A stretch of DNA of 32,000 bases from Candidatus Omnitrophota bacterium (GTDB taxonomy: Bacteria > Omnitrophota > Gorgyraeia > Zapsychrales > JANLHA01), in the NCBI GenBank assembly GCA_963662715.1, contig OY759724.1, forward strand, positions 2,490,001 to 2,522,000. Reading direction: 5' to 3'. This document shows positions 26,565-32,000 of this stretch, in pieces. The translations under genes were made by a program, and so were the position numbers. The notes beneath the pieces are model-generated. The model worked only from the letters and a program-made list of their open reading frames with translations, did not search any database and was not told where the DNA came from. Numbering within the stretch: position 1 is the stretch's first letter; every line of letters starts with the position of its first letter.

Positions 26565-26993
26565 ATGAGATATTTGAAGCAAGGACACACAGTTTACTAT
26601 GCCAGATACCATATTGTCATTTGTACAAGATATAGGCGAAAGATATTGCGATGGGGTTCGGCGGAGTATGTCAAAAGATGCGTTTTGGGAGTGATGAGAC
26701 GGTATCCTGAGATCATCATTGAAAAAGTAAATACAGATTTAGATCATATGCATCTTTTGGCATCAATTCCGCCGAAGATGGCTGTAAGTCATGCAGTAAA
26801 TCTGATTAAGAGTAACACAGCAAAGCTGATGAGGCGGCGATATAAGTTTTTAGACAAGATGTATGTGAAAAAGGCAGGGATATGGTCAGCAGGGTATTTT
26901 GTGTCAACGGTTGGAGCCGACGAAGAATCGATAAAGCGATACATCGAATATCAAGGCCGGGAAGACCGAGGACAAACGCAGATAGAATTTTAG
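26565..26993 (+). CDS. tnpA: IS200/IS605-family Y1 (HUH) transposase
   Basis: YHIVICTRYRRKIL, HUH motif DHMHLLASIPP and catalytic Tyr context SAGYFVSTVGADEESIKRYIEYQ. Confidence 0.9.
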   Translation: MRYLKQGHTVYYARYHIVICTRYRRKILRWGSAEYVKRCVLGVMRRYPEIIIEKVNTDLDHMHLLASIPPKMAVSHAVNLIKSNTAKLMRRRYKFLDKMYVKKAGIWSAGYFVSTVGADEESIKRYIEYQGREDRGQTQIEF

Positions 26994-27195
26994 CTGCGTT
27001 TGCACAGTCAAAATAGTTAAGAAACCACGGCCGTGAGGCCGTGGAGTTTCATTTAACGGGAAAGATATAAATATTGAGGTAGTACATAAAACTATAAATA
27101 GCAAAATATTATGATAAAACGACACGGCGCTGTACTTAGCTTCCTCGTATGTTATATTAAAATAAAGAGCGGCGTAATATGAGTACGGGAGTATT

Positions 27196-27795
27196 ATGAA
27201 TAAAGAGTTTGTCATCCTATTGGTCATTTTCATTTTTAGTGTAAATATACAGAATTTTTATAATTTGTATAAATTAAGCAGATCTGAAAGCGCGATAATT
27301 AAAAGCACGCCGTATCAGAAATATCATGTTATACAAGATAAAGTTCCTTATATGGACACGGAATTAACTTTATTGGCCGAGTTCCGCTTAGACGCGATGG
27401 TCATTAGTAAAAAACGATATGTGTCGGATCTGACAGCAAAATATGCGCCTTTTGATTTGCTTTTAGGATGGGGCCCGATGTCTGATCCTGATATTTTGAA
27501 ACATATCCATATTAAGCAAGGAGGAAGAAGAGGGACCATTCGCTATAAATCGTCTTCACCCGTCCCGCATTTTTATGTGCAAAATTTTTTCTCAAATGTT
27601 CATGCCATTCCTGCGGATCGTGCCATATTAGAAATTATTTCAGTACTTCAGCCCGGAAATGTTATCCATTTGGAAGGTTATCTGGTCCATCAGCAAGGCA
27701 AAAACTGGAGCTGGAAAAGCTCGCTGAGTCGTTCGGACTCAGGGTATCGTTCCTGTGAGATTTTTTATATAAAAAAAATAGACGCTGTAGAATAA
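27196..27795 (+). CDS. membrane-anchored hypothetical protein
   Basis: N-terminal TM (FVILLVIFIFSV). Conserved-looking GWGPMSD and SRSDSGYRSCE motifs that I cannot place in any family. Confidence 0.6.
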   Translation: MNKEFVILLVIFIFSVNIQNFYNLYKLSRSESAIIKSTPYQKYHVIQDKVPYMDTELTLLAEFRLDAMVISKKRYVSDLTAKYAPFDLLLGWGPMSDPDILKHIHIKQGGRRGTIRYKSSSPVPHFYVQNFFSNVHAIPADRAILEIISVLQPGNVIHLEGYLVHQQGKNWSWKSSLSRSDSGYRSCEIFYIKKIDAVE

Positions 27796-27843
27796 GTAAA
27801 TAAAGTAGGTGCCAAATTAGGTCACAGGGTGCTGGCAGAAAGG

Positions 27844-28011
27844 AAGGGGCCAGTCCCCAAAAGAGTGGAGGGGCCGAAGTTCTGCCCGAACCCGCCAACA
27901 CGCGAAGCATTCAAACGGGCGAGGAAAAGGTGGCGAGCGACCGAGGACGAAATGTCCGAGGAAGTGCCGAAATCTCCGCGTTTCGGCCCAGAGCGAACAA
28001 CCAGAGTCCTC
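27844..28011. repeat. diverged third copy (C) of the structured repeat
   Basis: 27879-27937 aligns without gaps to 20979-21037 with 6 mismatches in 59 nt. CGACCGAG, GAGTGCC-like and CCAGAGTCCTC blocks are also shared, but in a different order. Confidence 0.75.
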
Positions 28012-28190
28012 ATTTTGAAAAATATATTCGCAAACTTTAGTAAACCTGTAATGATTTAAATAATTTACTTTGTAATTATTTTAGAGTATTATATTTTTAT
28101 CCTAAATTAATAAAATATTCCATGGTCTTTCAATGGGAGGAGCGATCTGTCTTTCCTTTGAGCCGTTTCATCCTGAGTAAATGTGCGAAC

Positions 28191-29867
28191 ATGAACTGTG
28201 TCATTTTCCAACCCCACGTTAGTGCATCCCGCTGGTTTAATAAAATCGTGATTCTTGTCATATCTTTCTGCCTCGGTGGCTGTGCAAGCTTTCCCTTGCA
28301 TACAGCGATCCGTCAGCAGGACCGAAACCGGGCTAAAGAGTTAATCAACCGGAAAAGAGGGCTTAATGACTTCAACGAGCAAGGGCTTTTGCCGATTCAT
28401 TTGGCGGCAAAAGCAGATGAGGTCGAATTGGTCAAGGTCATGCTGAACGCTGGTGTAGACATTGACGCGCGCGCTAATGATCTGGCAAAAAACGTAACCC
28501 CCTTATTTGAAGCGACGGCGGCCGGGCATACACGGATGATAGAGTTCCTGCTCAAAAATGGGGCCATTCCTGACCTGGCAACAAGCGATGGCTTGACACC
28601 AGTCATGCGTGCCGCACAAGACGGTAATATCAGTGCCCTCCAGGTTCTCTGCAGAAATAAGGCCGATCTTGATCTGCAGTTACCCAATGGGTATACGTCA
28701 TTGATGCTTGCCATACAGCACCGGCATTCACGGTGTATCCAAGAGCTTCTTGAAAACGGCGCTGATCCTGACATTTTGAATGCTGACGGCAGATCAGCTT
28801 TGTGGCTTAGTATAAAAGAAGATGAAAGTGATGTTGTTGAAATGTTGGCAAAGAACAAAGTGGATATAAACAGTATTAATAGTGGGATGGTCCCGCTTAT
28901 ACAGGCGTTTTCAGATGGAAACATAAAAATAGTAGAAACATTGATCAGGCTCGGGGCGGATGTCAATGTGCAAAGCAGTGAAGGGTGGACTCCACTGGGA
29001 TGGGCGGCGCTGAATGGAAAACCACGCTTGGTTGAATTATTGCTGCAACACGGCGCAGACATCGATGGCGCGGATATTTCCGGTCAAACTCCGCTGTATC
29101 TGGCGGCAATACAGAATAATGCCGAAGTGGTTCTTATCTTGGTCGAAAACGGAGCGGACATTAAGGCAAAGACGGATGAAAATACGACGGTTTTACACGC
29201 AGCTGCTCTGGGGGAACATCCGGATATGATTGATTTCTTTTTGAGGCTAGGACTACGCCCTCAAGTGGTTACTGGCGGGGCTGAAGATGCCTATGCAACG
29301 GCTTTGGCATATAAGCGTTATGGGCAATTAAATCTGAAAAATGGTGATACTGCCGGGGGCAGGGAAGCGTATGAAACGGCAGCTGAACAATTTTCACTCG
29401 CGGCCGGGAAGTATTCCGAACTGATTCAGGAGTATGCCCAAAAAATTCAATCAAAAAAGATGAAAGAATTTTTGGCAAAAACGGCCCTTGTTCTGGCCCA
29501 GGGGGTTGTCTATGCAGCTCAGTCGTACCAGGCTGCAAGCAATTACAAAAGTTATTCTGAGGTAGCCGCTTTAAAACAGGCATCGTCAAACGGATCTGGC
29601 GTATCCGGATATTATAGTGCCTTAAATGCCTACCGGGAGGCCTATGTCCCGGTGTCCCATACGACGGGAGGTTTCCCATCTACCATTAAGTCAGGGACCG
29701 GCGATATAAGACTGTTCACTGCTGCAAAAAACAGGTGCAACCTGCGGGCCGTAACAAGTGCCGGCTATGCACAAGAATGTTTAAGGGCCACGGAATGCTT
29801 TGCCGGAAACGATATGGCAACAGAAATTCTGGAGTGTATTCAACACGCGGAAAGAAAAAATCTTTGA
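28191..29867 (+). CDS. large ankyrin-repeat lipoprotein with an Ala/Tyr-rich helical C-terminal domain
   Basis: The ATG at 28191 gives MNCVIF...ILVISFCLGGCAS (lipobox). About 10 ANK repeats are followed by ~190 non-ANK residues. Confidence 0.8.
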   Translation: MNCVIFQPHVSASRWFNKIVILVISFCLGGCASFPLHTAIRQQDRNRAKELINRKRGLNDFNEQGLLPIHLAAKADEVELVKVMLNAGVDIDARANDLAKNVTPLFEATAAGHTRMIEFLLKNGAIPDLATSDGLTPVMRAAQDGNISALQVLCRNKADLDLQLPNGYTSLMLAIQHRHSRCIQELLENGADPDILNADGRSALWLSIKEDESDVVEMLAKNKVDINSINSGMVPLIQAFSDGNIKIVETLIRLGADVNVQSSEGWTPLGWAALNGKPRLVELLLQHGADIDGADISGQTPLYLAAIQNNAEVVLILVENGADIKAKTDENTTVLHAAALGEHPDMIDFFLRLGLRPQVVTGGAEDAYATALAYKRYGQLNLKNGDTAGGREAYETAAEQFSLAAGKYSELIQEYAQKIQSKKMKEFLAKTALVLAQGVVYAAQSYQAASNYKSYSEVAALKQASSNGSGVSGYYSALNAYREAYVPVSHTTGGFPSTIKSGTGDIRLFTAAKNRCNLRAVTSAGYAQECLRATECFAGNDMATEILECIQHAERKNL

Positions 29868-29881
29868 AAGGGGGGAGTAAA

Positions 29882-30781
29882 ATGAATTTTTCGCATCTGC
29901 GAAACGCTCTTGTGGTTTTGGGGGTGATTTTATTGAGCGGGTGTGCCGGTGCTTTGCACACGGCTGCCAAGCAAAATGACGTGCCCCGGGCTAAAATGTT
30001 AATCGAGAGCGGCGTTCAGGTTGACTGCCGGGCAAAGTGGAAAAATGAAACTCCTTTACAAATGGCGGCGGAAGCGGGGAATACAGAGGTAGTGAAATTC
30101 CTGATAGATGCTGGAGCTGACGTAAATGCGGGAGGATACAATAATTTTACCGTCTTGCACAGTGCCATTACCAGCGGAAACGAAGATGTCGTCCGTCTGC
30201 TCCTAGAAAATGGCGCCAATGTCAACGCGGTTACCGATGAGGAGTATGCTCCGATTCATCATGCGGCCTATCATGGCAATGCAAACATTATACGCTTGTT
30301 GATCAATTATGGTGCTGATCTTACACTGAAAGACAGGTGGATTAATAATATGACCCCTTATGAACTGGCATCTGTCAGGAACCATGATAGCGTCGTTCTT
30401 AATCTTTTAAGGATTGAAGATCAGAAGGCTTCTGCTGCATCTGCCGGGATGGATGTCAACCCAGAGTCTATAGCCTCAGAGATGTCTGAGAAAAAATATG
30501 CGGTGGATGAACGCCGTCCGTATGTCGTTCTTGCGGCTGAAAGGGGACAGTACAAAGTTTTGCAGGGGCTTATTGAAAATGGCGTCGATGTGAATACAGT
30601 CTTACCCGACGGCTCTACCGCTTTGATGCTTGCGGCGAAGAGAGGTCATGATGATATCGTGAAATTGCTCCTGCGACATGGCGCTGATGTCAACGTTGAG
30701 CGTAATGATGGAGAGAATGCCATGTCTCTGGCGGCAAGTGAGGAGATTCGAGAAATCTTAAGAAGTTTTGGTGCTCAATAA
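29882..30781 (+). CDS. ankyrin-repeat lipoprotein
   Basis: GGGGGGAG SD. MNFSHLRNALVVLGVILLSGCAG carries a lipobox. ANK repeats fall in two blocks. Confidence 0.8.
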   Translation: MNFSHLRNALVVLGVILLSGCAGALHTAAKQNDVPRAKMLIESGVQVDCRAKWKNETPLQMAAEAGNTEVVKFLIDAGADVNAGGYNNFTVLHSAITSGNEDVVRLLLENGANVNAVTDEEYAPIHHAAYHGNANIIRLLINYGADLTLKDRWINNMTPYELASVRNHDSVVLNLLRIEDQKASAASAGMDVNPESIASEMSEKKYAVDERRPYVVLAAERGQYKVLQGLIENGVDVNTVLPDGSTALMLAAKRGHDDIVKLLLRHGADVNVERNDGENAMSLAASEEIREILRSFGAQ

Positions 30782-30899
30782 CCTTAAAGAGTTTTGGCGT
30801 ATTGGGGATCAATAAATACGCAGAGAAAGCACACATGTATTTCCAATCGTCACTTTTAATCCCCAGCATGGGCGTGCGGGTATTTACCAAGGAGAGATT

Positions 30900-31385
30900 A
30901 TGAAAAGGATGAGGAATTTTTGTTTAATTGCCGTAACTGTCATATGTGCTGGTTGTGCATCAGCCCAGGTTTGGATGAGCCCCCTGATCAGCGCACCAGC
31001 AAGGATGTCTTATTCGATTGAAATGTTTGAAGATGCCAACGACAGAAAGGACAACGCTATCTTTCCGGATGCAGCAGAAATAGTTACTAATGCTTTTGAG
31101 ACGTCACTCTTAACGCATGGTTATCGCGTCATAAAGGAAGGAGAAGCAGACGCGATCATAAGCGGAAAAGTGTTGTCTTACCACCGCGGACGTTTATTCG
31201 GCCCTGGGCCAAACACTACGGTCGGATTTGAAGTGAATGCAAGAGATGCTGAAACAGGTGAGATGCTATGGAAAGCTTCACATTCAATTACAACTGAGTT
31301 TGACATTACTTATGACCCAAAACTTCTTGCGGATACGGTCTCTAACGAACTTGTGAAAAAATTGAGCAACTGGGCAAAAGAGTGA
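30900..31385 (+). CDS. small lipoprotein, unknown function
   Basis: GGAGAG SD. MKRMRNFCLIAVTVICAGCAS carries a lipobox. Confidence 0.7.
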   Translation: MKRMRNFCLIAVTVICAGCASAQVWMSPLISAPARMSYSIEMFEDANDRKDNAIFPDAAEIVTNAFETSLLTHGYRVIKEGEADAIISGKVLSYHRGRLFGPGPNTTVGFEVNARDAETGEMLWKASHSITTEFDITYDPKLLADTVSNELVKKLSNWAKE

Positions 31386-31401
31386 AAATGAAGGGGCGAA
31401 A

Positions 31402-31462
31402 TGAAGGGGCCAGTCCCCCAAAAGGGACAGGGCGAACGAATTGAGAAATAGATAGAAAGACA
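31402..31462. repeat. short repeat module, copy D
   Basis: GAAGGGGCCAGTCCCCCAAAAGGGACAGGGCGAACGAATTGAGAAATAG aligns with 25106-25165. It is preceded by a local tandem duplication of ATGAAGGGG. Confidence 0.6.
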
Positions 31463-31473
31463 GCTACTTATTT

Positions 31474-31501
31474 CTTGACTTAATCTGGGAAGCATGTACA
31501 A
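31474..31501 (+). promoter_or_regulatory. sigma70-like promoter of the cold-shock gene, implying a ~100-nt 5' UTR
   Basis: TTGACT (31474-31479), a 16-nt spacer, then TACAAT (31496-31501). Confidence 0.5.
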
Positions 31502-31608
31502 TAACCCATGAGTAAATAAGCAAAAAGAAATTAATTGCCGAAAATTTTTTTTGGTTTTTTTCATTCTGTCATTGTTTACTCAAGTTTGATTGAAAGGAGG
31601 GTAAATTA

Positions 31609-31812
31609 ATGGCAACAGGTAAAGTTAAGTGGTTCAATGATCAAAAGGGTTTTGGTTTCATAACTCCTGATGATGGAAGCGAAGATTGTTTTGTCCATCA
31701 TAGTGAAATTCAAGGTGACGGTTTCAAGTCCTTAAGTGAAGGACAAGCCGTTGAATTCCAGGCTGGACAAGGCCCTAAAGGTCCTCAAGCAACCAAAGTC
31801 GTAAAGGTGTAA
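31609..31812 (+). CDS. cold-shock protein, CspA family
   Basis: [17 protein letters not shown] (RNP1) and CFVHHSEI (RNP2). AGGAGG SD. Confidence 0.93.
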   Translation: MATGKVKWFNDQKGFGFITPDDGSEDCFVHHSEIQGDGFKSLSEGQAVEFQAGQGPKGPQATKVVKV

Positions 31813-31826
31813 TTCCCCCGTTTTTT

Positions 31827-31860
31827 CAAGGCCCGACACATTGTGTCGGGCCTTGTTTGT
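31827..31860 (+). terminator. intrinsic terminator after the csp gene
   Basis: CAAGGCCCGACAC pairs with GTGTCGGGCCTTG, then TTTGT. Confidence 0.7.
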
Positions 31861-32000
31861 CTAGTGCTGCCTCATCAAGTTTTGCCCCCGCTAACTAAAA
31901 TCATCGGTGTCCGTTATGATGTTTATCCTTTCCTGTGAGGTTGCTGCGAAGAAAGTAGCCTCCCGAGTATACTGTTATAATGGCAAAATAAAGCAGGCAG

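Larger units (their letters stand above)
25340..27050 (+). mobile_element. IS200-type (Y1 tnpA-only) element interrupted by a nested IS3-family element
   Basis: Near-identical 20-nt hairpins CCACGGCC(A/G)TGAGGCCGTGG lie at 25346-25365 and 27025-27044 in the same orientation. They flank the tnpA gene plus the nested IS. The exact ends are not determined. Confidence 0.55.

Noticed and set aside
25346-27044. The two CCACGGCC-NTGA-GGCCGTGG hairpins interpreted as REP elements, with tnpA as a RAYT.
   Set aside because: The TnpA sequence looks like a canonical IS200 transposase rather than the RAYT subgroup as I recall it. The hairpins are in direct orientation, not inverted. This remains possible if many solo copies exist genome-wide. 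On the minus strand the left hairpin is followed by T6, so it may simply act as a terminator.
28397-29062. Long antisense or alternative-frame ORFs inside confident genes (for example 28397-29062, 1202-1621, 5247-5621, 6148-6594, 7829-8143, 23797-24150).
   Set aside because: They fully overlap well-supported genes on the opposite strand or in another frame. Their composition is low-complexity (Ser/Arg/Pro-rich), and they have no RBS or recognisable domains.
1-32000. A recognisable phage-defence, toxin-delivery or secretion system.
   Set aside because: No nuclease, helicase, ATPase, reverse transcriptase, TIR/SIR2, Cas, restriction enzyme or secretion-apparatus signatures appear in any ORF. 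The only toxin-antitoxin locus is degraded.

Overview
This is a bacterial chromosomal window, probably from a diderm given the OM beta-barrels and the many lipobox proteins. Nt 1-9400 is an ordinary housekeeping block on the + strand with moderate GC: two OM beta-barrel proteins, tex, an MscS-like channel, a YfcH-like epimerase, dnaX, recR and tRNA-Asn(GTT). Downstream of the tRNA the DNA becomes visibly AT-richer and accessory in character. Degenerate copies of the tRNA-Asn 3' end recur at about 20.9, 23.2 and 25.25 kb, splitting the region into three segments. No integrase is visible in any of them. Segment I (9.4-20.9 kb) holds a dead higB beside an intact higA, a ParB-like HTH gene, several ankyrin-repeat proteins, lipoproteins, zinc-ribbon proteins and gene wrecks. 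Segment II (20.9-23.2 kb) is a lone long-form leuA bracketed by 229-nt direct repeats that differ at 2 positions. It has its own promoter, a 16-codon leader ORF with 9 Leu codons, and terminator/antiterminator geometry. Segment III (23.2-25.25 kb) carries two divergent SAM methyltransferases. Next comes an IS200-type tnpA unit with an IS3-family element nested in its left end, a diverged third copy of the structured repeat, two more ankyrin lipoproteins, a small lipoprotein and a cold-shock gene. I see no recognisable defence, secretion or CRISPR system. The most unusual signals are the repeat family built around split tRNA-Asn 3'-end fragments, the leader-peptide attenuator on an island-borne orphan leuA, and the dense paralogous set of ankyrin lipoproteins. 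All homology calls come from motif recognition by eye, not from searches.
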